In this document: positions 12,650-24,230 of the stretch, in pieces | Layout: each line of letters starts with the position of its first letter | Position numbering within the stretch: the first letter of the stretch is position 1 | Origin: Mobula birostris | Taxonomy: Eukaryota | Direction of reading: 5' to 3' | DNA: 64,000 bases | Assembly: GCF_030028105.1 (NCBI RefSeq) | Contig: NC_092372.1 | Location: forward strand, 90,772,687-90,836,686 | Notes under the pieces: model-generated | The model's input: the letters and a program-made list of their open reading frames with translations, nothing else | The model's database searches: none | What the model was told of the DNA's origin: nothing | Program-made: the position numbers and the translations under genes

Positions 12650-13600
12650 GACTGCCTAAATGAGTATGTCACTACCATTATGGACTTTTTCAACAAGTGC
12701 ATTGTGGACTATGTAGATACCTTTAACCCCACCTGCTTCAATCTGAAGTTACTAACCTGCGCTAAGAAAGTCACTGTCATCCCAGTACCTGTGCCTTAAT
12801 GTCTACTGCCCAGTGGCTCTGAGATCTACCATCATGAAGTGCTTTGAGAGGCTGGTTATGGCACACATTAACTCCATCCTCCGAGTCAACCCCAATACAC
12901 AGTTATTCCCCTACTGCTGAAGTAGGTCTATAGCACATGCCATTTTTCTGACCCTGTACTGACCTCTGGAGCATCTGGACAGTAAAGTTATTTACATTAG
13001 ACTATTGTTTATTGATTACGGTCCACCAACAATACTATAATTTTAAGAAAAATCAGCACCAAACTCCAAGACCTACAAGTCAACACCTCCTTCTGCAAAT
13101 GGATCCTTGACTTTCCGACCAACAGACAGTAATCAATTAAGGATGGGCAGCAACATCTCTGCCGTGATAAATCTTAACACAAGTACTCTTTGCTGTTGCA
13201 TCCTCAGACCTCCCACTTTACCCTGTACTCTCATGACTGTGAGGCCAGATTCTGTTCTAACTCCAACTCTGACATTATCAAAGACTCTATCAACCCTGGA
13301 TGTCCTCTCTTCGCCCCTCCCCTACAAGCACGAGATACAAAAGCCTGAAAGTAATCTCAAGGGTAACTTCTATCCCACTGTTATAGAGTGTTGAATGGTT
13401 CCTTAGTACAATAAGATGGACTCTCAACCTCACAATATACCTTGTTATGAACTTGCTCCTTATTGTCTACCTGCATTGCAATTTCTCTGTAGGCATGACA
13501 CTTTGTTCTGCATTCCTGTAGCTTGTACTATCTCAATGTATTGTATAATGAATACATACGGTTTGACCAGCATGCTTTTCAGTGAAACTCAGTACAAGTG
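12650..13600 (+). mobile_element. Rex1/Babar-type LINE, heavily degraded
   Basis: CATCATGAAGTGCTTTGAGAGGCTGG and GGAGCATCTGGACAG...TTTATTGATTAC match Rex RT motifs seen at 4395-6071. Confidence 0.65.
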
Positions 13601-14689
13601 ACCATAACCTTTACTGTGCCTTAAACTCAGATGGTTTATTTTGATTTTGGTAGTTCTTGGAAGGAAATTTTGACCTTTTGAGTTATCTTCTCCTTTAAAA
13701 ATCTGCACATTGCTGTATAACATTAACTATCAAGCATAGGCTCCAGTCAAGGGACATGCTTGAATTCAATTTTGTTAGCAATATTTAAATTGATTTCATC
13801 TGCCTCAATGAAGCAGTTGGCAGATAAACTAATCACACTGGAACTGAGCTTATAAAAGCAAGAGATCGTCAAGGGTAAAGTGCGATTAATATTGAATTAG
13901 CTCATCTGCTGCAGTCACTATAAGGCCCCAATTTTTTTCTTAGGTTGTCTCGACAGCGCACTACCCTTTCAATGGAAATCAATGGAAACCCTTAAGGAAT
14001 GGTATAAAGGGTTGAAAGGAAGAGTGCTACAAAATAATGTTGCATCTAATATAACAAAATTTCATGTTTCACATTAAGAACTTAAACATGTGACCTACAA
14101 GATTTGTTACTCATTTAAGTTGAATGAAACCTACCGTATCTTTTGGATTCAAATACAATGAGACCATATCCCTGGTGTAGAGCTATATATGGCAAACAAC
14201 AGATGAATACATGTGCACTATTTGATGTGAATTCATCTGGGTTTGAAAATCATACAAGAAACAAAGTAAGCAGATCTGGGACTACTTTATGCTATGACCA
14301 ATCACCTCCATATAGGATATTTGAATAACTACACGCAACCCTATAAAATTGTTAGACATAGGAGTAGAACTGGACCATTCGGCCTATTGAGACTGCTCCA
14401 CCATTCCATCCTGTCTGAACCATTTCCCTCTCAACCCCAATCTACTGCTTTCTTCCTGTAACCTTTAAAGCCCTGAATAATCAAAAAACTATCAAGCTCT
14501 GTCTTAAATACACCCAATGACCTGACCTCCACAGCCTCCTATGGCAACAAATTCCACAGATTTACCACCCTCCGGCTAAAGATGTTCCTCCTCCTCTCCA
14601 TTCTAAATCCCCTATTCTGAGGCTGTACCCTCTGGTCCTTGACTCCACCACCATAGGAAGTATTCCCTCCACTTTCACTCCATCAAGGC

Positions 14690-14744
14690 CAGGAGTTCCC
14701 AAACTGGGGTCCATGGACCCCTCAGTTAATAGTCGTAACCCCTG
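14690..14744. mobile_element. 55-bp hAT-Charlie-like mini-MITE
   Basis: Termini CAGGAGTT...AACCCCTG. Degenerate 8-bp TSD ATCAAGGC / ATCTAAGT. Internal perfect palindrome GGGGTCCATGGACCCC (14706-14721). Interrupts the CR1. Confidence 0.65.
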
Positions 14745-17348
14745 ATCTAAGTGTTTCAACAATTGATAAGTTTCAATGAAATCCCTCTTCATTCTTCTAC
14801 TGTAAACTCCAGGAAGTAAAGCCCCAGAGCTATCAATCACTCTTCACATGATTAGCCTTCTGTTCCCGGAATCATTCTCGTGAACCTCCTCTGAACCCTC
14901 TCCTACTTCAGCACATCCTTTCTTAAATAAGGGGCCCAAATTAGCTTGCAATGCTCCAAGTGAGGCCTCTCCAGTGCCTTATAAAGCATTAGCATTACAT
15001 CCTTGCTCTTGTATTCTAGTCCTCTTGAAATTAGTACTACCATTGCATTTTCCTTGCTCACTGCTGAATCAACCCGCAAATTAACCTTTCGGGAATTCTG
15101 CACAATGACGCCCAAGACATTTTCAGCTTCAGATTTTTGAATTTTCTCCCTATTTAGAAAATGGTCTACGCTTTTATGGATTCTAGCAAAGCGCATGACC
15201 ATACAATTCCCAACACTGTATTCCATCTGCCACTTCTTTGGCCATTCTCCTAATTCATACAAGTCCTGCAGCCTTTCTGCATCCTCAAAACTGCCAGCCC
15301 CTCCGCGTATCTTTGTAGTATCAGCAAACTTGGCCATAAGGCCATCAATTCCATCATCCAAATCATTGACATGCAACGTAAAAGAAGCGGTCTGTACACT
15401 GAACCCTGAGGAGCACAACTAGTCACTGGCAGCCAATCACAAAAGGCTCCCTTTTCTCTCACTCTTTGCCTCCTGTCAGTCAACCAATAATCTACTCATG
15501 CTGGTATCTTTCCTGTAATACCATGGGCTTTTATCTTGTTAAGCAGCCTCATGTACGGTACCTTGTCAAAGGCCTTCTGAAATTCCAAGTGCACATCTAC
15601 CAATTATCCTTTGTCTATCCTGCTTGTTACTTCCTCAAAGAATTCTAACAGTTCTGTCAGGCAAGACTTTCTCTTAAGGAAACCATGCTGACTTTGGCCT
15701 TTTTTATCATGCGCCTCTAAGTACTCCACAACCACACCCTTAACAATTGACTCCAACATCTTCCCAATCTCTGAGGTCAGGCTAATTGGTCAATAATTTC
15801 CTTTATTCTACTCCCTCCCTTCTTGAAGAGTAGAGTGATATTTGCAATTTTCCAGTCCTTTGAATCTATTCTTGAATCTAATGATTCGAGAAAGATTATT
15901 AATAATGCCTCCATAATCTCTTCAGCTACCTCTTTTGGAACACTGGGGTTTAGTCCATTTGGCCCAGGTGACTTATCTACCTTCAGACCTTTCAGTTTCC
16001 CAAGCATCTTCTCCGTAGTAAGAACAACTGCAATCATTTCTGCCTTCTGACTTTCCCAAACTTCTGGCATACTGCTGGTATCTTCCAGTGAAGGCTGATG
16101 CAAAATATTTAAGTTCATCTGCTATTTCCTTGCCCCTCAATGTCTCCAGTGTCATTTCTCCAGCAGTCTAATATCTACTTTCACTTCCCTTTTACACTTT
16201 ATATATCTGAAAAATCATTTGGTATCCCTTTTGATATTGTTAGCTAGCTTATGGCTTCCTTAGTTGCCTTCTATTGGTTTTAAATGCTTCCCAATCCTCT
16301 AACGTCACACTAATTTTTGCTCTATTATATGTCCTCCCTTTTGCTTTTATGTTGGCTATGATTTCCCTTGCCAGCCATGGTTATGTCATCCTTCCTTTAG
16401 AATTCTACTTCTTGGTATGTATCTATTCTGCACATCCCTAACAGTTCCCAGCAACTCCAGCCATTGCTGCTCTGCTGTCTTCCCTACTGATGTCCCCTTC
16501 CAATTAACTTTGGCCAGCTCCTCTCTCATGCCACTGTAATTCCTTTATTCCATTTTAATATGAATACATCTGTCTTTAGCTTCTCCCTCTAAAAGTGTAG
16601 GGTGTATTATATCATATTATGGTCATTTATTCCCGAGGGTTCCTTAACCTCAAGCTTCATAATCAAATCTGTTTTATTACATAGCCCCCAATCCAGAATA
16701 GCTGATCCCCGGTGGGTTCAATCACTAGATGCTCTAAAAAGCCATCTTGTAAGAATTCTACAATTTTTTTCTCTTTTCCAATCTACCTGCATATTGAAAT
16801 CCCCCAATGACTGTCAATACAGTACATTTTGATATCCTTTTTCTAACTCCTGTTGTAATTTATAGCCCACATCCTGGATACCATTTGGAGGCCTGTATAT
16901 AATTCTCATCAGGGCCTTTTTACCCTTGCAGTTTTTTAACTCTATCTACAAGGATTCTATACCTTCTGATCCTATGTCACCTCTTTTTAAGGATTTGATT
17001 CAATTTTTTTTACCAATAAAGCATTCAACCCCTCTGCCTACCGGCCTGTCCTTTAGATATAATATGTATCCTTGGATTTTAATCCCCCAATTATAATCTT
17101 CTTTCATCCATGACTCATACTTGCCAATCTCTAACTGTGCTACGAGATCATCTACTATTTCCGTAGACTGTGTACATTCAAATATAAAACCTTTCATCCT
17201 GTATCCATCACCCTTTTTGGTTTTGTTCCCTTTCTACACTGCAACTTATCCAACTGACTGCAATTTTGCCCTATCATCTGCCTGTCCTTTCTGACAGTCT
17301 CACTACACACTGCAAAGGCTTGTAAACCATCAGCCCTATTTTCAACTC

Positions 17349-17547
17349 TGTAGCATATAGCCTACTGTATAATATGGGACTATTTCATGTGTAGTAACAC
17401 GCTATTGAGCATGCGCTATTAGTTGCGTATTGATCTGTATATATGTGTTTAGTTTGGGTTCCGTAAGTAAAAGCCCCTGTTAACTTAGCTCCAGTCTCTA
17501 GCGTTTTTATTAATGATATTGTTGTGTAAACAGCCACATACACAACA
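17349..17547 (+). mobile_element. Solo LTR, 199 bp
   Basis: TGT...ACA termini. 5-bp TSD AACTC at 17344-17348 and 17548-17552. Inserted in the CR1. Confidence 0.85.
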
Positions 17548-18192
17548 AACTCTATCATTCCAGTTCCCACCCCGCTGCCAAGCTAGTTTAAACCCTCCCC
17601 AACAGCACTAGCAAACCTGCCTACAAGGATATTGGTCTCTCTCGGGTTTAGGCATAACCTGCCCCAGAAGAGATCTAGAAATCTGAAACACTGCCCCCTG
17701 CATCAGTTACTCAGCCGCACATTACTCTGCCAAATCATCTTAGTTTTACCCTCAATTGTGCGTGCCCCAGGCAACAATCCAGAGATTGCTACCCTGGAAA
17801 TCCTGCTTTTAAGTTTTCTACCTAGCTCCCCAAATCCTCTCTTCCGGACCTCCTTCGTCATTTACATAAAGGCAATAAACTTTCTGACTTCAACACAAAT
17901 GCACGTTAGTAAAATGTCTGCTTGTCATGATTTGTCATATCATGTAAACACAAAACAGTAGCTATTTTAATGATAAATTTAAATGACTAGTTTAATGGCT
18001 AGCTTTCACATTGTACAAACAAGAGTTGACAGCTTTCCCAGTCGCGGTGACTAAATGGCAAATAAATAAACCTTTGCTGTCACATCACATAATCCAGTGA
18101 ACTAGTTGGCATCAATTTTTGCAGATGCAAAGAAATAATTTCTGTAAAAGCGATCACAGTGCAGAAATATTTGTCTCTTCCCTAGGCTTCAT

Positions 18193-18590
18193 GATCTTTG
18201 AGAGTTTGAGAAAAATGTACCTTGAATTCAGACTCAGATTATAATGTGAACATTCAGATATTTAAAGAATTAATTAATCGAGTGTGTTAAATAGAGAGTA
18301 TATCTTTATCTATATACTGACAGGGATTACAAGTGGAAAATTTTTCAGAGTGTCTTATTGTTTTTGTGATTGGGTTAATAATATGAAAGTTATTTCTAAA
18401 TATTAGTGGTGAAATTGGGGAAATTGTTTTGATATTGTCACATGTACCAAAGTACAGATAAGAGCTTGTCTTGCATACCATCCATACAGATGGGCAACAC
18501 GGTAGTGTAGTGGTTAGTACAAGGCTTTACAGGCGACTCTGTTTCAATTCCCGCTGCTGCCTATAAGGAGTTTGTACGTTCTCCTTGTAA
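18193..18590 (+). repeat. Local duplication, copy 1 (copy 2 at 24231-24615)
   Basis: Colinear similarity, e.g. TGAGAAAAATGT.CCTTGAA.TCAGACTCAGATT through GAGCTTGTCTTGCATACCATCCATACAGATGGGCA. Confidence 0.9.
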
Positions 18591-18770
18591 CCATATGGGT
18601 TTCCACCGGGTGCTCCGGTTTTGTGCCACAGTCCAAAGACATACCATTGGTCATTGTAAATTGCCATGTGATTATGCCAGGGTTAAATCAGGGGATTTTT
18701 GGGTGATGCGGTTCAAGGAGCTGGATGGGCCTATTCTGCGCCATATCTCAATAAATAAATAAATAAATAA
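18492..18770 (+). mobile_element. V-SINE (HE1-like) with CR1-like tail
   Basis: tRNA-like head, V-domain GGAGTTTGTACGTTCTCC...GGGTGCTCCGGTTT...GTCCAAAGAC, and (TAAA)n tail. Confidence 0.85.
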
Positions 18771-19282
18771 CAGCAGTGTATTGAGCAGTTCAAGGTAAGC
18801 AATAAGAAAAAGCTGAATTACATTTATACAGTGTAGAAAAAGTACAGTGCAGGTCGGCAGTAAAGTGTAAGGTCAAAAAGACATAGAGTGTAAGGTCAAA
18901 AGTCTATCGTACCATACTAAGGAACCACTTAATAACCTTACAACAACAGGACGGAACCTGTCCATGAGCCTGGCGGGACGTGTTTTCAGGCTTTTCTAAC
19001 TTCTGCTCTGTGGGAGGTGGATTCTTTAATTATGCTGCCTCTTTTACTGAGGCTGCGGGAATTATAGACAAGAGTCCACGGACGGGAGGCCGGATTCCAT
19101 GATGTGCTGAACTTTGTCCACAACTCTCAGCAGTTTCATGCAGCCGAGGGCAGAGCAGTTGCCACATAAAGCTGTGATACATCCCGATAGAGTGCTTTCT
19201 CTGGTACATTGATAAAAATTGCTGAGGGTCAAAGGGGGCATGCCAAACTCTTTTCAGCCTCCTGAAGAAGTAGAGACACAGG
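18771..19282 (-). mobile_element. Rex1/Babar-type LINE remnant, target of the Gypsy insertion
   Basis: Minus frame 'LYFFRRLKR'. Sequence resumes after the Gypsy at ~23784. Confidence 0.7.
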
Positions 19283-19510
19283 TGTGGTAAATCATATGTA
19301 TGTTGTAACTGGGTTAACTGTCTGGACACGCCCCTCTGCTGACTGCCCCTGTGGCTCCTCCCACAGAGTCCTATATAAAGGTGTTTCACCTTGCTCCTCC
19401 CCCTCAGTCCGGGGGCAGACACTCACCGTAGAGGTCGTATTGTACAGCGAATAAAAGCCTTTCAGTATTTTACCTAACCTCAGTCTTTTGGAGTTATTGA
19501 AGGAGCTTCA
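19283..19510 (+). repeat. 5' LTR
   Basis: TGTGGTAA...GCTTCA. TATA-like TATATAAAG at ~19372; AATAAA at 19450-19455. Confidence 0.95.
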
Positions 19511-19536
19511 ATTTTATTCGCTGTACATTTTAAAGC

Positions 19537-20254
19537 ATGGAACATGTACTGAGACCCGACAAATTAGACCTCAATCCGCAAACGCCAGAATCTGGAAACG
19601 CTTTCGAACTCTGGCTGGCCTGCTTCGAAGCGTACCTAGAGGAGATTAAAGCAACCGACCCCGTAGCGAAGCTCAGAGTTCTACTCTCCAGGGTCAGTCC
19701 ACGGGTCTATTCGCTGATCAGAGACCAGCCGAGCTACGACGGTGCAATAAGCGCCCTCAAAGGCCAATACCTGCGGCCGATAAACAGCGTCTATGCTTGG
19801 CACTGCTTAGGACAAGGCAACAACAGCCCGGGAAATTGAGTGCTGAGTTCGTCCAGGCCCTACGGACGCTCGTGCGAGCCTGTAATTGCCAGGAGCTGAC
19901 GGCGGCGCAGCATGCAGAGCTTCTAGTGAGAGACGCCTTGGTCACGGGTGCCAGCGGCTGTTAGAAAAAGCCGATCTTACCCTAAGTTCGGCGATCGAGC
20001 TGGCCGACAAGCTGGAGGCCACTCTGCATAACTCTGAGGCTCTCCAGGCACGCGATCCCCCGATGGCCTCGTGGGCGCCACAGACCCCGCAACCCGCCGG
20101 CGAATCGACCTCAGCTGCCGCCAGTTGCGAGTCCACGAACTGCTACTTCTGCAGACTGGAGAAGCACCCCCGGAAACGCTGCCCGGCCCGAGAAGCTACC
20201 TGCTCCAGCTGCGGAAAGAAGGGCCACTTCGCCAAAGTCTGTAAGTCAAAAAAC
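19537..20254 (+). pseudogene. gag: Gypsy gag, frameshifted, two zinc knuckles
   Basis: ORF 19537-19839 'MEHVLRPDKLDLNPQ...'; ORF 19886-20521 contains CYFCRLEKHPRKRC and CSSCGKKGHFAKVC. Confidence 0.85.
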
Positions 20255-20273
20255 CGCGAGCGGGATCAAGCAG

Positions 20274-20425
20274 CACCGCGTGCAAAACATGGGAGTCACC
20301 ATCTTGCCTGCCGCCATCTTCCCTGCATGCCGCCACCACGTGCAAGACATGGGGGCCGCCATCTTCCCTGCCGCCATCTTCCCTGCACGCCGCCACCACG
20401 TGCGAGACATGGGGGTGACCATCTT
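20274..20425 (+). repeat. 60-bp tandem repeat (~2.5 copies) between gag and protease
   Basis: TGCAAAACAT, TGCAAGACAT and TGCGAGACAT at 20281, 20341 and 20401. Confidence 0.9.
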
Positions 20426-20430
20426 GGTCG

Positions 20431-22538
20431 GTGCCACCTCCCACCGCCTACGACCAACAGGTGCTCATGGGACACCCCACCGCACCGGACCAAGACAGCG
20501 ACCCCATCCTGGCTTCCGTGACCCTCGACCAAAGCGCTCCCCACCAGCTTACAAGGTCAATGATGGACATCCTGGTGGAGGGGCACAGGACAATCTGCCT
20601 GTTTGACATAGGCAGCACGGAGAGTTTTATCCACCCGGACACGGTGCAGCATTGTGGACTCGCGATACGACCAGCAAGTCAGGGGGTCACCATGGCTTCC
20701 AGGTCACATACAACAGACATCCGGGGGGTCGGGGGGGAGCGGGGTTGTGTAGCGGCGCTAGTGGTGCAGGGCACAGAATACAGAGAGTTTACGTTACTGA
20801 TTATGCCTCAACTGTGTGCCCCTGTTCTATTGGGGCTCGACTTCCAGAGCCACCTGAAGAGCGTGACAATGAAGTATGATGGGTCCCTCCCACCAATTAC
20901 TGTCGTAAATCCCCAGTTTTGTAGGGATACGTCACGTACCCCGCTACTAGTCGTGGACTATAGCCAGAACATCAATAGGTTCACGCAGCTCGATGCGTAC
21001 CCTTCTACCCCACATCATGGATATGGTCAATCAGATAGCACAGTACAAGGTGTACTCGACCATAGACCTAAAATCCGCTTACCATCAGCTCCCCATCTGC
21101 CGGGAGGACCGCCCTTACACCGCCTTCGAGGCAGATGGCAGGCTTTATCAATTCCTGCGCGCCCCCTTCGGTGTCACAAATGGTGTATTTGTCTTCCAGA
21201 GGGAAGTGGACCGGATGGTGGACCAGTGCCAACTGAAGGCCAGCCGCACATCCCACCCAACACCATGCCAACTACCGCACTACTGACGTCACTTGCGGCC
21301 TCTCCACCCTCAGGATCTCTCCCCTACCGCTGTTCGCCAACCTGACCCCTGACTGTAAACCTGTGGCAACTAAAAGCAGGAGGTACAGCGCGAGGGACAG
21401 AGCTTTCATTAAGTCAGAGGTGCAGCGGCTGCTCAGGGAGGGGGTCATTGAGACAAGCACAAGTCCTTGGAGGGCGCAGGTGGTCGTTGTTCGGAACGGG
21501 GAGAAGAATAGGATGGTCGTGGACCAGTGCCAACTGAAGGCCACGCTCCCATATCTGGATAACATCACCATCTGCGGTCACGACCAGCAGGATCACGACA
21601 ACAACCTCCCAAAATTTCTCCAAGCGGCCAAAGCTTTCAATCTCACATATGACAAGGACAAATGTGTATCCGGGACCACCCGACTTGCTATCCTTGGGTG
21701 TGGCGTGGAGAACGGAGTCATTGGCCCTGACCCCGACCGTATGCTCCCTCTTCCCAACACACTCGGAGCCCTCAAAATGTGCCTGGGTTTCTTTTCATAT
21801 TACGCCCAATGGGTCTCTAACTACGCAGACAAGGCCTGCCCCCTGGTCAAGTCCACCACATTCCCCCTCTCTGCTGAGGCCTGCGCGGCCTTCAACCGCA
21901 TAAAAGGGGATATTGCCAAAGTAGCAATGCATGCGGTGGATGAGGCCATTCCCTTCCAAGTAGAGAGTGACGCCTCCGACTTTGCGCTGGCTGCTACTCT
22001 CAACCAGGCAGGAAGACTGGTGGCGTTCTTCTCCCGTACCCTTCAAAGCCCTGAAATTCGGCACTCCGCGGTGGTGAAAGAGGCCCAGGTCATAGTGGGA
22101 GCTATTAGGCACTGGAGGCACTATCTCGCCGGCAAAAGGTTCACCCTGCTAACTGACCAGCACTCAGTCGCATTCACGTTTAATAACCAACAGCGGGGCA
22201 AAATCAAAAACGATAAAATTCTGAGTTGGAGAATCGAACTCTCCACCTACAACTATGACATCATGTACAGGCCTGGGAAGCTCAATGAGCCCTCCGATGC
22301 CCTATCCCGGGGAACATGTGCCAGCGCACAGATCGACCGGCTATACGCCCTACATGTAGATCCTTGCCACCCTGGGATCACTCGGCTTTTCCACTTCGTG
22401 AAAGCCTGGAACCTGTCTTACTCCCTTGAGGAGATCAGGACAATGGCCAGGGACTGCCAAGTCTGTGCAGAGTGCAAACCGCACTTCTACCGACCCGAAA
22501 AAGCACAACTAATCAAGGCCACCCGCCCCTTTGAGTGA
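20431..22538 (+). pseudogene. pol: Gypsy pol: protease, permuted RT, RNase H
   Basis: Protease 'LFDIGSTESF'; RT 'STIDLKSAYHQL...PFGVTNG' and 'PYLDNITI'; RNase H 'VESDASDFAL'; start of integrase HHCC 'LH...CHPG...CQVC'. Confidence 0.9.
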
Positions 22539-23480
22539 GTGAGTGTTGACTGTAAGGGCCTCCTTCCCTCCACCGACCGCAATGTGTACTTTCTTAACGT
22601 TATCGACGAGTACTCGCGGTTCCCCTTTGCCATCCCCTGCCCCGACACCACTACCACGTCAGTTATAAAAGCCCTGCGCAAGCTCTTCACTCTGTTCGGA
22701 TACCCATGCTATATCCACAATGACAGAGGGTCCTCGTTTATGAGTGACGAGCTGCGCCAATACCTGCTGACTAGGGGAATTGCAACTAGTAGGACCACGA
22801 GCTATAATCCCCGGGGGAATGGACAGGCGGAGAATGAGAATGGCACAGTGTGGAAAGCCACACTCTTAGCCCTCAGGTCAAAGGGACTGCTGGTCTCCCG
22901 CTGGCAGGAGGTCCTTCCCGAGGCACTCCACTCCATCCGCTCCCTGTTATGCACGGCCACCAATGCCACCCCTCATGAGCGGCTCTTTTCTTTTCCCAGA
23001 AAATCGACCACTGGAACCACCCTACCAACTTGGCTGACATCCCCGGGGCCAGTGCTGCTCCGGAAACATGCGAGGAGTAATAAATACTCCCCGATGGTCG
23101 AGAGGGTTCACTTACTTCATGCAAACCCTCAGTATGCCGATGAGGTTTTACCTGATGGGCGGGAGGACACGGTCTCCATCCGCGACCTAGCGCCCGCAGG
23201 AGCACCAGGCCCCTACCCTGAACACTCCGTGGTGACTATTAACCCCGTACCCACCGATGTATGTACCCATGGGACACCGAGCACTCCAAACCCTACACAG
23301 ACACCACACGACACTCCCATACCGGGCGCAATGCACACGCACGAGGGATTACCGACACCTAGCGTGCTGGCACCTCAAGTCAGGCCAGAGCCAGCACAAC
23401 CGCCACCGCCGATGCAATCACCACTGGTGCTACGTAGATCACAGCAACAGACTCGACCACCTGATAGGCTTAACGTGTAA
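22539..23480 (+). pseudogene. Gypsy integrase core
   Basis: 'VIDEYSRFPFA...HNDRGSSF...NPRGNGQAENENG'. Separated from upstream pol by one in-frame TGA at 22536-22538. Confidence 0.9.
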
Positions 23481-23531
23481 ATATACTTGTTGTAAATATT
23501 GTCAGTCACTTCACCCCGCGGGACTCTTTTT

Positions 23532-23548
23532 AAAAAAGGAGGGGTGAA
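23532..23548 (+). promoter_or_regulatory. Polypurine tract
   Basis: AAAAAAGGAGGGGTGAA directly before the 3' LTR. Confidence 0.85.
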
Positions 23549-23778
23549 TGTGGTAAACCATATATATACGTTGTGACTGGGTTAACTGTCTGGACACGCC
23601 CCTCTGCTGACTGCCCCTGTGGCTCCTCCCACAGAGTCCTGTATAAAGGTGTTTCACCTTGCCCCTCCCCCTCAGTCCAGGGGCAGACACTCACTGTGGA
23701 GGTCGCATTGTACAGCGAATAAAAGCCTTTCAGTATTTTACCAAACCTCAGTCTTTTGGAGTTATTGAAGGTGCTTCA
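23549..23778 (+). repeat. 3' LTR
   Basis: Direct repeat of 19283-19510. Confidence 0.95.
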
Positions 23779-23899
23779 ACAGGTGAGCTTTTATGACCAT
23801 AGAGACAATATGTTTGGATCAAGGCAAGCTAGACGCTCAGTTGGTAAATCAAATGTGCTGAGCATTTTATTATTCATTTTGTTGTAAAAACCTGTCCCC

Positions 23900-24170
23900 A
23901 TCTAGTGACATTGATATAGGAAAAACATCCCAAAGTGTTTTACAAGAGTGACATCAAAATAATTGGTGGTGTGATTAAATTCTGGGATGAGCAGAAGGCC
24001 AGAATTAGATGAGTACTGACATTTTGGAGGATGGCAAAATACAGAGATGGGAAATGATAATGTTATTGAAACTGATGATAAGTCAGAGGCACTGCTGTAA
24101 GTCAACCTACTGCAGGTCAGAGAACATAGAATGACTGGGACTTGGTGCAGATCTGGATACTTTGCATATA
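23900..24170 (-). mobile_element. Ancient L2-type LINE 3' end
   Basis: Reverse complement TGTAAAACACTTTGGGATGTTTT...CTATATCAATG resembles the L2 3' terminal motif. Confidence 0.5.
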
Positions 24171-24230
24171 GTACCATTGGTAGAACTGATCTTTAGTGTC
24201 TCGCCCCAGTTAACTTGAAAAGGAAGCAAG

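Larger units (their letters stand above)
14353..17832 (-). mobile_element. CR1 LINE, long degraded copy (endonuclease to 3' end)
   Basis: Minus ORFs 14903-15418 ('VNDLDDG...KFADTTK...LYKALERPHLE') and 15777-16118 ('DKSPGPNGLNP...DWKIANITLLFKKG'). Confidence 0.9.
19283..23778 (+). mobile_element. Full-length Ty3/Gypsy LTR retrotransposon (defective)
   Basis: Two TG...CA LTRs (about 12 substitutions and 1 indel by eye). 5-bp TSD ACAGG at 19278-19282 and 23779-23783. Order gag-PR-RT-RH-IN, with PPT. Confidence 0.97.

Noticed and set aside
20274-20425. CRISPR-like repeat array
   Set aside because: Simple tandem repeat without unique spacers, inside a eukaryotic retrotransposon, with no cas genes.
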